The translations under genes and the position numbers were made by a program. From Adineta vaga (lineage: Eukaryota; Animalia; Rotifera), in contig CP075492.1 in NCBI GenBank assembly GCA_021613535.1, positions 12,834,001 to 12,898,000 on the forward strand: a stretch of 64,000 nt of DNA, written 5' to 3'. Below are positions 29,426 through 42,163 of the stretch, piece by piece. The notes beneath the pieces were generated by a model. The model ran no database searches and was not told the DNA's origin. It worked only from the letters and a program-made list of their open reading frames with translations. Position 1 is the stretch's first letter. Every line of letters starts with the position of its first letter.

Positions 29426-31190
29426 ATGATTTCAGTATCTCTTTGTGTTATCCTTCTCTCCTCCCTTGTCGTACTTAGTACTGGTCAAGCAGAACATGCC
29501 AAACATCATAATACTCAAGAAGTGTTCGATATTCTCGATCGTATTCATGCGAAATGTCCGGACATTACATATATTTACAATTTACCATTGAAATCTATTG
29601 AAAAACGTCCATTACGTGTCATCGTCTTTTCGGATAATCCAAAACACCATGAAGTACTCGAACCAGAATTCAAATACGTTGGAAACATGCATGGAAATGA
29701 AGTTGTCGGCCGTGAATTAGTATTAATCTTAGCAGAATATCTTTGCGATGAATATCAAAAAGGAAATGAACAAATCAAAAATTTAGTCGATAATACACGT
29801 ATTCATTTGATGCCAATAATGAATCCAGGTATGATAAATAACGATTTAATGGTAAAAACAAAAAACTTTCTTTTAGATGGTTGGGAAAACGCTGTACGAA
29901 ATGCATGGAATAGTACCAAACCTGGTGAATTCAAAGATATTGAAACAATGTTACAAGAACAAGGTGCCACTGATTGGCAAGTTGGACGAACAAACGCCAA
30001 TGGTGTAGATTTAAATCGAAATTTCCCAAATTTAGATGAATTTATTTATGCATATAATCAACATGCAAATCATCGTAATAATCATTTAGATTTGGAAACA
30101 TTTGTTTCATTAACATCGGGAACTGATTGTCATGATCAACCAGTAATGAATTGAATTTAAAAAGAGATCAAATTGAAATATTTTCTTTTCTTAGTATCAA
30201 CCAGAGACAGTTACAGTTGCATTTTGGATCATGCAAAATCCATTTGTTCTCTCAGCAAATTTACATAACGGTGATCTTGTTGCTAATTATCCATATGATG
30301 ATTCAGCCAATCATCTTCAAACGTATTCACCATCACCAGATGATTCAACCTTTCAGTAAGTATTTCATTCTTTTTTATTAACAATGATTCTTATTTTGAT
30401 ATATATATATATTTTAGACAATTAGCTGAGTCTTACTCACATACACATTTGAAAATGCAATCACCAAAGAAACCATGTTCAACAGATGTCTTTCCAGAAG
30501 GAATTACTAATGGCGCAGCTTGGTAAATTAATTTTTTCTAAAGTTTGCTATATTTCGACATGATTCTTCGTTTTCAGGTATCCAGTCTGTGGTGGAATGC
30601 AAGATTTCAATTATTTAGCCAGCAATTGTTTCGAATTAACACTAGAACTTGGCTGTCAAAAGTTTCCACCCGGTAAATATTTATCAGGTCTTTGGGAAGA
30701 TAACAAAAATGCACTTCTCAACTTCATGTGGCAGGTACGGACAAAAAAAAACAGGAACCCAAATCTTTCTATTGTTTCTCTCTATATATCATTCCTATTT
30801 AGACTCATATTGGTATCAAAGGTATTATCGAAGACGAAGAAGGTGAACCAATCTACAATGCAAGCATCAAAGTCTATCAATTGATTAATGATAATTGGAA
30901 ATATATTGATCATGATATAACATCAAGTAAATAATATTCATTAAGTTATCTTCTTTTTCTATTTTGATTTGATTTTAGATACACATGGTGATTATTATCG
31001 TTTACTTACGGATGGTTCATATGCTGTTCAAGTGAAAAAACCAGGTTATGAAAGTCAAACACAATACATTGATATTCATAATAAAGAACATCAAATTGAT
31101 GCACAACGTCTCGATTTTACTCTTCAATCACTATCGGCTGGACGACTCGATCTTCAACGAATGCTCAGACAATACATGGATAAAGTATGA
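29426..31190 (+). CDS. CPE: Carboxypeptidase E-like metallocarboxypeptidase (M14B), secreted, multi-exon
   Basis: Signal peptide; [19 protein letters not shown]; DLNRNFP; [16 protein letters not shown]; GITNGAAWY; [19 protein letters not shown]; C-terminal transthyretin-like domain (GDYYRLL). Confidence 0.92.
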
Positions 31191-31886
31191 GTGAACATCA
31201 TTGAAAAATCTTGTCCTAATTACTTTTTCTTTCTTTCTTTAGTATTAAAAATAATCAAAACAAAAAATGAATCTCAAAAAATGAAATTCCTTTCTCTCTA
31301 TTTTTATGATCTCGCATTCCTTTACAAATCTTTATTAGTGAACAGTATTTATCAAAACAAAAATGATATTCTGATCACTCCGTTTTGAAGTCTTTTTTTT
31401 TCGCCGTTTTATCTTTAACAACGTACCAACAAATTTATTTTTGTTTTGTGCAATAATATATATATATATACATGAATAAAAGAAACATCAAGAAATAATT
31501 CGTCAAAAAACGAATAAGAAAATATCACAGAATTCTTTTGTCTATATAAAGAGAGAGTGAAAGCAATTTTCATTGTCTTCTACTAACAAGAAATCAACCT
31601 ATCGATCAAAGCGTTACTTATTCGCTTTCTCTAGCGTAAGTTTAATAATAAGCATTACTTTACAAATAAGATGTATTCATAGTGTATAACGGTCAAAAAG
31701 AAAGAAACTTCACTATTCAATGTTTTGTTCTCTTTCTCTACTTTGCTTCGATCTTTTTTTCTTTTCGTTCTTCGTTACACGAAAAAGACTATGCGTGAAA
31801 AATGACCGCTCTTATACATTCAACATTTGAGTTACACTCTACAACCGCATATCCTTTTAACACAGACAGACATACACACGTCTCAT

Positions 31887-34206
31887 ATGAATATGTTACT
31901 CTTAGTTTCACTTTGGACTTTCATATTTCTTAATAATCATTTTATTAATGCCTATTGTCCAGATGATGAAGATCTTCAACGTCAACAATGTACATGTAAT
32001 TTAAATAGTAACTATATACAATGTTCAGCATTACCCAAACAATGTCGAACATGTTATCGTTATGATGAAATCTATTTCGATGATAAAGTAACAATGTTAC
32101 CTGAAGAAGCATTTCGACATTATAATTTTTTTGGAACTAATGGAAAGAAATCATTTAAAATTCAATTTGCACAATTAAACATGATTTCATCAAATACATT
32201 CTCTCGAATTGATCTACGTTCGGAACGAATTTTACAAATACAAATTTTAAAATATTCATCCACAGTCTTACCATCAAGAGCATTCGAAGATTTAGCTATA
32301 CAATCGAAAGCAAAAGTAAATATTGATATTTTCAATGTCACTTCATCAATGTTAACAATCGAACAATATGCATTCGATGGAATAAGATTTAATCATGAAA
32401 GTCGATTTCGTCTATCGATTCTCTATGCAAAAGATACAATACTATTTGAATCAAATGCCGGTATGTTTCTATTCTTAATCATCGGATAGAATAGTCAAAT
32501 GATATTGTTCTGTTTTCTTTCAGGATCGATTCTCTTACCATCATATTCACATATGGATTTATCTTTTGCGAATTTTATTCAAGTTATTTTCGAAGAACAT
32601 AGTTTCGATCATATTACTCAAGAGCATTCAAGTGAATTGATTCTTAATTTTGATCGTTTTCAATATGCAACACTTTCGCATAATGCATTTTTTGATTTTC
32701 ATCAACTTGATCTTGCACGTTTTCAACTGCTCTTAGCTAATTTTCAAAGTTTAACAATCGAACAAACATTATTTGATACAATAACACAATGTAAGAATGT
32801 CTTTTTATTTTTAAATCAAAACTGATTTTTCTAATCTTTCTTTTCTCAATAGTAAAATCATCATTAATCGTATCGATTTATAATTTAACTAATGATTTAT
32901 GTATACCAAGTAAAACTTTCAGTCAAATTAAACAAGATGTCAATTCAACATTTCAATTAGAGATTAATTATGGACGAAATATTCTCTTTAATTCCGATTC
33001 ATTTACCAATATTAATCAAAAATTTGAATCAAAACTCTCGGTTAGTGTTACCAATGTATATGATGTTTATTTTGCTCGTTATGCATTGAATCATATTCAT
33101 CAAGAAGATCGATCATTTGTTGATATTTGGATGAAATATGGACAGAATTTAATCTTTCAAGATTATGCTATTAATAATATGGATATTTATCAAGCAAGTA
33201 TTTTAAGAGTTGGATTTCAACATTCAAGAGGAACTTTACAAATGGCTACGAATGCATTTTCTAGTATAAACGAAGGTAGTTTGTTTTTGTCTTTAATCAA
33301 AGCTTGATTAGGATGCATAAAATCGATCGATTCATTCTCGTCTTCGTTGTTTTCTTTGCAGGACAAGGTGGTGAATTTATCTTTCAAATAATGAATTCGT
33401 CCGAATTTTATTTTCGTTTCAATAAATCAATATCATTAAAACTTCTTGAAATTGTCGATCGATCTTTATCATCTCAGGATCTTTGTCATGTTGCTAATAT
33501 ACCTTCTCATATACCGATTAAATTGACTTCGGATACATTATGTTCTTGTACTGTTTATTATTTATATCGTCATCTTCATCGAAAACTTCTTCAATCGGAT
33601 TTAAATGATTTAACTCCATTATGTTATAGAAATATGTCGTTGGATGACATTGAATATGCTGAACATGAATGTTCATTTGATACTAAAATTCATAATTGTC
33701 AACAAATGGAAGGTCAAATTGAAATTGATATACCTCAAGGAATCTGTGAAGATAATCTTCGTTTAAATAATAAAAAACAACAACAACAACAAATAAAGAG
33801 GAAATCATCATTCAAAACAGTTATTTTTATTTTAATTCTACTCGGTTGTCTTATCTTTAGTATAACTTGCATTTATGTTCTATTTTCCAAAGATAAACGA
33901 TTACCTTCATGGAATTTATTTCAAAAATATCTAACGCATTATCGACGACAAAAATTAACAATCTATTCTGCAGATTCTTACCAACAATTAACACATATTG
34001 ATCAACATGAACCAACAACAAAACGAAGAAAACTTCTTGTAAAATATAATTCAACAACAGATCGAACTCAACCATATTTAGATATTGATAAATCCGATTT
34101 TATTATTTCAAACGATGATGATGGTGATGATCATGAACATAATGAAGATTTAACATTGAAATTAAATACAAATCCAATGAGTGATATTGAAGATAATGCA
34201 GTTTAG
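31887..34206 (+). CDS. Single-pass membrane protein with atypical leucine-rich repeats, 4 exons
   Basis: Signal peptide, Cys-rich cap (CPD...CTC...IQC), about 28-aa repeats with 'AF/TF/SF' (EEAF, SNTF, SRAF, QYAF, EHSF, HNAF), LRRCT-like CSC...PLC, TM VIFILILLGCLIFSITCIYVLF, short cytoplasmic tail. Confidence 0.75.
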
Positions 34207-34641
34207 ATTATATTCAATCGTGATTATTGATTAAACTTCAATAGAATTCAATATAGTGATAGAACATTTTTTAGAATTGTTTTGATTTGTTTTTTAAAAT
34301 TATTATTTATCGAAGTAAACAACAGTGTGAATACTAATATAAATTTTGATGAGTATCAAATATTCGCCCTGAACTACTTTTGTCCGTTGGTTGAAGTATG
34401 ATGCTAATCAAAGTTCTTCATTTCTGTTAGATTTAGATTTAAAGATTGACTGAAATAGCGGACGGAACGGTCAATGATTCATCGAGCATCTATTCCTTCT
34501 GACGTTCTTTGTCTATTCAATAGTCATATATATCTATACGATACAAAAGAAGAACAACATTTTTTTTCATTCTTTCAGAAGAAATTGAGAAGAAAAAATG
34601 TTTATCTCTTTTCGTTCAATATTATCTTTCTAGATAGAAAA

Positions 34642-35475
34642 ATGCTTGCCGCACTTGGCCATTGTGAAGATCCAGCTTGTCTTCAAAAAAATCCTCCATC
34701 ATCAAATGAACATGTTCGTTTATTTCGTTGTTCAATACATTGTAATAAGAATTTATGTTTATCACATTTAAATGCTCATAATGTTTATTATGAACAAGAA
34801 AAACGACAAAATGATTTGGTTACACGTGAATTAGAAACAGCTTTAGGAATTTATCAAAAATTATTCGAACAACATATTGCTACTTATCATGAACTTGTCC
34901 GTCAAGCATCCACTATAATATATCATAATACATCGACAATGATTCCTACAGAACAAATTCGTAATGTTTTAACTACTGTACGACGTGCAATTACAATTTT
35001 TGAACAAGAATTAAGTACGAGAAACGATTTTGAAGAAAATAAATTTATTGAAATTTATTTTAGTTAAACCTGACACCGCTTTGGACGTAACATTATTGGA
35101 AATTAAGAAAGAAGAAGAGAAAAATGTGATTACTCTCGATGATGATCATACTAGTACAAATAATGCAGATAAAGAAAATGATATACCTGTTAATACTTCT
35201 ACTTCAACTGAAAATACAAATACGAGTTTACCACCAACTAATTCGAATGAATGTCAAAAGTTTGTTGTACGTATTCCAAGAATCGATAGTATAAATACAG
35301 ATTCATCAATTGAAGTTATTCGAAATGATAAACAAAACGAAATAATGGCATCACCGAAAGGCAAGAAACGTTCCAGTGAAGGTCCAAAAACAAGAGTACG
35401 TTTAATGTTTATTTCTTTCTTACATCATTTACTGTTTACATTTAGGCAAAATCAACCAAACGATTACAAAAATAA
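34642..35475 (+). CDS. Uncharacterised protein with N-terminal Cys/His (B-box-like) zinc finger and helical region, 3 exons
   Basis: CEDPAC...CSIHCNKNLCLSHLNAH, then a coiled-coil-like helix and a basic NLS-like tail; GT-AG introns near 35015-35063 and 35396-35445. Confidence 0.65.
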
Positions 35476-36296
35476 ATTCTTTATCTTTCATTATTTATTT
35501 GTTTATCAGATAAATTTTTTGTTTGCCATATATATACATATACATATATATAATGTTTTTGTTCGAAAGTGTGTGATAAAAGTAAAGTTTTGATTAAAAA
35601 CTATTTCATTATTTTATGTACTGATAGTGTTGACACGTAGTGGAAGTCTATTTCTTAGACTCATCAGTTTAAAACATTTCGTATAGAAGAAGTAAACACA
35701 AGAGGATTGCACTTCGCGATCAAATGATTGTTGATGTCAAATTTTGGACAATAATTTTCGTATTGTGACACTCACTCACTGATGGATTCATCGACTGACG
35801 CAGGTTTATTCACTGTAGAGGTTATAACTTGTAAACTGTGACTATTTTCTTTGTTTGATTATCCAATCATCAGCAGAGTGATTGGTTGAATATACTCAAA
35901 TATGACTGATGTTCGTTCTGTTTTATATGCGAATATGAGTACTTTCTAATGACCTAGAGTAATCGGTCGATTTCTTTTGAAATATTAAATAACTGGAGTA
36001 GAGAATGTTGTTTAGGAATCGAGGGCAAAAATATGTTTTTGTCGAGCACTTATTTCCAGTAGTGAAGCGGTTGGGTACACTTTATAAATGACCTTATCGA
36101 AAAACTAGTAAACGATATTTATTTTACTAATAGCGATGTAATTTGCTTGAATAACTTTGATGAATCACTTGCTTGTTTACCGCGTACTGTTATAAACGAC
36201 AATAAATAGTCGCAGGATTTGTTCTCTTTCTTTCATTACAAGGATATTTTCAATAACAACTACCACATCAACGTTTTCTTTTCTCTTCATAAAAAT

Positions 36297-36824
36297 ATGT
36301 CGGACGATCAAGAGACTCCAGAAGTCGCTGCTATTCAAGCTCAACTTGGATCTTGGCTTGATAGTCATCGTCAATTGAAATTAGATTTAACTAATCCACC
36401 ACTTGATTTCAAAAAAATTAATAATTCAATATTTAATACTGATCAAAATAAAGTGCGTATTAGTATTGGTTTCACAAGTGAAAATTTAACAAAAAACTCG
36501 TCTCTGGAAGATTTCCAGTCGAGCTTTAGTTTCGTTGCACTTGATCATCTTCCTATACCTGATCTTCATGGTATACCAAGTCAATGGGATATCTATCCTC
36601 AAACACCAATGTCATCATTTTCTGAAGGTGTCACTTTTGAGCAGTACGATCCAAGTACACAAATATTACAACTAAATATTGAAACAAGATTTTTTGCTTT
36701 TTACGGGCGAATTCCGCAAGAACACTATATCGCTGATGCTGGATTACCAAAAGGTACTTGTCTACAACTTCGACGCGACTTTGAAGGCTCAATTAAGCTT
36801 CGTGCTAAACTTCATTTCGAATAA
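36297..36824 (+). CDS. Intronless 175-aa orphan protein
   Basis: Clean ORF MSDDQETPE...KLHFE with globular-looking composition, TATAAA at ~36191 and AATAAA at ~36878; no family recognised. Confidence 0.72.
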   Translation: MSDDQETPEVAAIQAQLGSWLDSHRQLKLDLTNPPLDFKKINNSIFNTDQNKVRISIGFTSENLTKNSSLEDFQSSFSFVALDHLPIPDLHGIPSQWDIYPQTPMSSFSEGVTFEQYDPSTQILQLNIETRFFAFYGRIPQEHYIADAGLPKGTCLQLRRDFEGSIKLRAKLHFE

Positions 36825-38540
36825 TAACATATAACGTAGATTTTAGATTTGTTTTAATCTCTATTTAGATAGTGTTCAATAAACTAAACAGAAAAATATT
36901 TATTTTAAATTTGAGTACATTCTGAAGAAAGACAATTGTTACTGCTTTCGTACGATAGATTGAATAGAAGGAATATGTGTACAATGAACTTCACATCAAT
37001 GGTGATCAGAAATTGTGAGATTTATAATGAATAGATATTTTATAGATAACAAATTGCTTTGTAATTACACACAACTTTACATGTGAGCAGGTTCAAAAAT
37101 TAAAAGTAAAATGAATAATATCAACCATCGATGGATTCATATACGACGAAGAAAAAAATGTCATTTACTTAGTTTCTACAGTTTCGACTGAAATGTTTAC
37201 TCGAACATCGCTATTACTAAATAAATAATTACAATATGTAAGCAAGCGTCTGCATCATAATTCATTGTAATTGTCTCTGCATGTCAATATGAAGGTAATT
37301 CACCAGCTGCAATGATACGAACGATATAGTCAATAATAGCGAATGAAAGCCTTCCGATCTTTCGAGAAACTGAAACTCCTAGTGATAAATCTCTTTTTCA
37401 GGTCACGTTAACCTAAGCATGAATAATAATTTTCATCACTTGAAACTATCTGTCGTACAGTACTGTATAGATAACGTGCATTAGACATAGGATCAGAATT
37501 CTGAAGTAAACATAACGATAAGATAGTTTTACAGAAAAACTTGAAGATCATTATCTGATTTCTTTCGAAAAATTCTCCTAGGTTATCCATCCCAATTTAA
37601 ATCGTTATCAAAATACATGAGAAGTCTTCATCAACGAATATCGTAGCTAGAATTGATGGTTCTTTTTTCTATGACATTAACATAGATAAATCAGAATTAA
37701 TCAAAATCATCTTTATTATTTTTAGGACAATATCTGCGTCAACCGAACGTGATATCTAGACGGAAACAAAAGCCAGATTTTAGTATTATATTATTTGGCA
37801 TCAATTACATGACAAAAAGAATATCTAACAGTTTCATAATAATCACGAGATTAGTTTAACTCTTTAAATATACATTTATATAGAACATTTGAGGACGGAA
37901 AATATCATGACATAGTCTATGATAAGATGACCTCATTGCATCAATATTTACATACATAGAGAGATATCATAGGACAATATTGCAGACTCTTACAAGAGAA
38001 TCGAGCGCATATGTGCATGCCATTAGCATAGAAAAACATTCTAAACACAATAGAAGATTTGCAAAAGGTGTGACGAGACAGAACGCTGTGAGAAAGATTG
38101 CATTTTTATAATTCATAGCAGTATTTCTTTTAATCTTTTTATTTCAATGTTTATTTTAAATAAATCTTTTCTTTGTGTCTTTGAATAATATTAGTAATAT
38201 TTAAACACTGAAGACAAACCGTTTTACTCGCATGACTTGAGATGATCAGGAGATTTCTCTCTCTTTTTTTTTCAGTGATTATTTTCTAAATTCAGCAAGA
38301 AAAAAACGACAACAAAATCGACGACGACAACAACAAACATTTAAACACAAGACATGATGCTAGACAAAAACAAACTATACGAATATATATGTATGTATAG
38401 ATCGATAGTGCAATTGACAAAGAAATCAAGTAGTCTGTTCAGATTTATCTGACGCATAAAGAAAAAAGAAAACTGTTCGCCATAGTTAGTTGAATAGTAG
38501 TCACTCTGTTTGTTTGATTGTATTCCTTCAGTTTAGAAAT

Positions 38541-39134
38541 TTACATTGATTGTGGTGATAAATGATTCAATTCTTTTGATGATACTGTTGCTCCATTTGC
38601 TGGCCGACGTAATTGATTCGTAGTACTTAATTGTCCTTTGTGCATAGCATTTTTCACAGCATCAGTTAAAGAAGAAAATGAAGCAACTGTTTGAATTGGT
38701 TTATTACGTATAAGCGTACTGCTAGAATCAGTTGATGTCTCTGAATATAGAGCAGACGAGGATGCAGTTTTTGGTTGCTCAGATAAATGCTTCATTTGAG
38801 CATATGGTAACCAACGTTTTGGCATTTCATCTGTCGTATGAGGCACTAAACAAAGCAAAGAGATTGTTTCAAATTCTAATATTATGATAGATTCAAAATA
38901 TACCATCATGATGATCTGCAAACATTGAATCATTCTTATTAATTTGATTGCTAACATGAACACTAAATAAGAAATAAGAAAAATTATTGTTTGTTAAATA
39001 TAGAATAAGAATTCTTACCGATAAAAATCGAATTTTCCCGGTTCAGTTGGACTCAGTGCAAAATCGTAACCTGTTTGGTTATTCTCAGCTGCTGTAATAA
39101 TTGACAATGGTTTCGTAGAAGCTTTCGATGCCAT
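38541..39134 (-). CDS. Uncharacterised small Ser/Thr-rich protein, 3 exons
   Basis: MASKASTKPLSII...GKFDFYR|VHVSNQ...|VPHTTDEMPKRWLPYAQ...KELNHLSPQSM*, joined by short GT-AG introns. Confidence 0.65.
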
Positions 39135-39678
39135 ACGCGTAAATTTATTTTGATCAAAAACAAGTTATGAAAAAATATATAGATGTTGCTTTCCTATAGA
39201 ATGTACTCTAAAATCAGCATACATGTGTTATATCTTTATTTTCTTTTCTCTGTCCTATGAAAAAAACATCCATAGTCGTATGATTGTTAGATGGGGAAGA
39301 GAACGCAAGCGAAAGGTTTTTTTTTCTTCCTTTTTTTACTCGTTCGATGTCCTTGGCTGCATAACTAACGTTATTTCTCCCCCCCTTTATTTCTTTCCTC
39401 TCTTCATGGCAACACGCCCACAACTTTTTTTCTCGATAACTGCTTCGTGTACAAGAAATGAATCCAAAACGAAACTAGACATGAAATATACTGAATAAAC
39501 GACCTCTAGTAATAGGAAAAAAACCAGAACATGCACGACATCAAGTTCAATTGATACCGATGCAAAAAAAAGTAAGTGTATAATGAAATTCACCTTCTGC
39601 CATTTCAATAACGAGAAAAAGAAAAGAAATATGAATCTGAATTACACATTCACCAACGTTATAGACGAAGAAGCAGAA

Positions 39679-39686
39679 TGACGTCA
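39679..39686. promoter_or_regulatory. Palindromic CRE (TGACGTCA) upstream of the 38541-39134 gene
   Basis: Exact TGACGTCA with additional TGACGT half-sites nearby (~39714, ~39933). Confidence 0.4.
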
Positions 39687-42163
39687 TGATGACACGTTTT
39701 TTTTTAATATTCTGACGTATATGTATATACATATAAAGCGCACTCATCGGTCATGTAAAGAAAGTTCTTACCGTCGATTAGATTCGCTCATATTGACCAA
39801 TGACAAAAAAACATTGTTTTCAAAAAGAAATTATCCAAGAAAAAACACTCATAGTTGTTATTGTTATTTTCACAATGCACTCTCTGTTTTATTTTTTTAT
39901 CAAACTAAGAACGATAGAATGCACTGACAACATGACGTGTCATATCTCGAAAATAAACATTTGACTTTTTTTTGTTTTGTTTCGTCTCTAATCAGACAAA
40001 ATTTCAAAAATAATGTCGTATACGAAAACAGTCTACTTAATCTATTGTTTATCATCTGAAGAAGTACACATTTGCCGGATAAGCAAATGAAAAGAAAAAT
40101 CGATGACCCGGAAGAAAGTAATCCTAATATAAATAAATATCCACTTGAATCTTTCAATACATCTGATATTTTTATGGAAAAATAGAACTATATCGAGGGA
40201 AAAACAAGATCAGATTATAGAGAGGACGAGAAGTTATTTACATACGGTACGATTCGGACGAGAACGATCGATCGAGAGTCAATCGGTTCGTTGATATATG
40301 AATTATTGGATTGGATTGGATCTTAGCCAATTTAAATCACATGTCAAATTTGAGAAAAATTATGTTTTATTTTTTCTTCATTCTATATGAAACTAAAACT
40401 GTTCTTTTCAACAGGAAAATAAATAAAATAAGTGAATTATTTCTATGGCGCCAGATTCGCTAATCAATCATTTGTTCAATCACAATCGATTATTATTCGT
40501 TCAAAAAGAAGAGTATGACTCATCCTTAGACTTGTTTCTATGCTGCGCTGTCTACTGTGAGTGAAGAGTGCAGCAGTTTATTGCATTTTTTTGGTTGATG
40601 GTATACTGTCAGAGGGGTGAAAGTGTGCTTTGATTTACTTCTGACGTATTGTGAAACATATTTTGTTTCTTCATCGTTCTCATACAGACGACGTACATGT
40701 TTGTTCTTTTAATTTCTTGTCAAAGAACCATAAAATAGAAGAGCCTGTACGAGGTTCGAAAATTCAATAATTAATAAACAGAAATATTTTAAAAATTAAC
40801 TTTTGTTTTTCGCTTCTTTTTCGTTATCATAAAACAAATAAATTTCTATTCATCGAAATTAGCCAATATGCTTTGGAGATTCAATTAAAGAGCGATATAT
40901 TCTTAGTAGTTCAATCAAAAAGATCCTTTTGACCTGTTTACAACACCAAACGACATTCTATATCGATATTTGTTACTGAAACTTCTAACTTGATCGCACA
41001 TTAAAATAAGAAACTTTGTTTTCATAAGCACAGAGAGTAGAAGAGTCAAAGCAGACTAAAGCAAGAAGGAAAAACCCATGACTTTCATATATGTTGCAAG
41101 AACGAATACATGCTTCATCATAAGTTGCCGTAGAAATTCAAATGACTAACTTTTGTTTTTTTTCCAAATATGGATCAATCCATAACTACAAAATTTCCGA
41201 AGAACTGGTTGGCAGTATTGGCAACTGATGGAGAAAATTCGTTAATCAATACTCTAACAAACAAACCTATCGAAGTAGAGAATAGATTACACCGATTGTG
41301 TCGCAAAGCTGTTATGAATAAAATTCAACCGACGGTGATTAAACATAGTCATATATATCGTTATAAAAGTGTTTAATTCTATTGCCTCAGTTGCAAGTAA
41401 TTATAAAGTACTGCAGATAAATTTCTCAGACAGAAGAATTTGTCGTCGAATTTAAAGTTTAAGAAAATTCACTCATGTTATGAATCAATTAAATTTCATA
41501 TTAATTCGATACAGGATAAGTATTCAGCATTCAACATCATCACATTCGTCAAGTAGTGTTTTGTAGTCTAATTTTAGAGGAAATGCATCTGAAGAGTTAT
41601 TGAAAAAAAGCTCTGATCGAATTCAACGTGTTGAAGCTTTGCCATGTTGCGATGAAATTCCAACCGGTGAATTATTAAGAAATTCTACTATAACTCCATC
41701 GGATAAGTCAACATTCAAATTACATTCACCATTACCCAAAAATGTATCTTTTGAAGGTTCTCAATGAGCTGAGTCGGCTGTTTCACAACAAATACATAAC
41801 GGTTATTCAACAATTGATTTAGGATCAATCAGAGCTCGGGCACTACTAAAAGGAGTTCGTGAATTGACTTCATTCGTAGAATCTTCGAATTACTTTTTTT
41901 GTGGGTGAAGGTGTAGGATAGATAAGATAGATCGTGAATAAAATAATTACCGATGAAGTAGCTTTATTGCAGAACATATATATATATATATATATGTATA
42001 GTATAGGTAACAAAAATAGAGAAGAAAAAGAGAAGATAATTATTACAAAAAAAATCAGCATGAATTACAATTCTAAATGAAATATATAAAGATAAAATAA
42101 CGCAGGTTATGACTTTACGTTTATTATTTAAAACTATCTGACAACAGTCAAAGTATTATCTAA

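Noticed and set aside
29829-29876. Apparent 16-aa insertion in the carboxypeptidase (similarly CDKL ~14620-14682)
   Set aside because: Best explained as stop-free, 3n-length GT-AG introns read through by the ORF finder; splicing restores the conserved NPDG.
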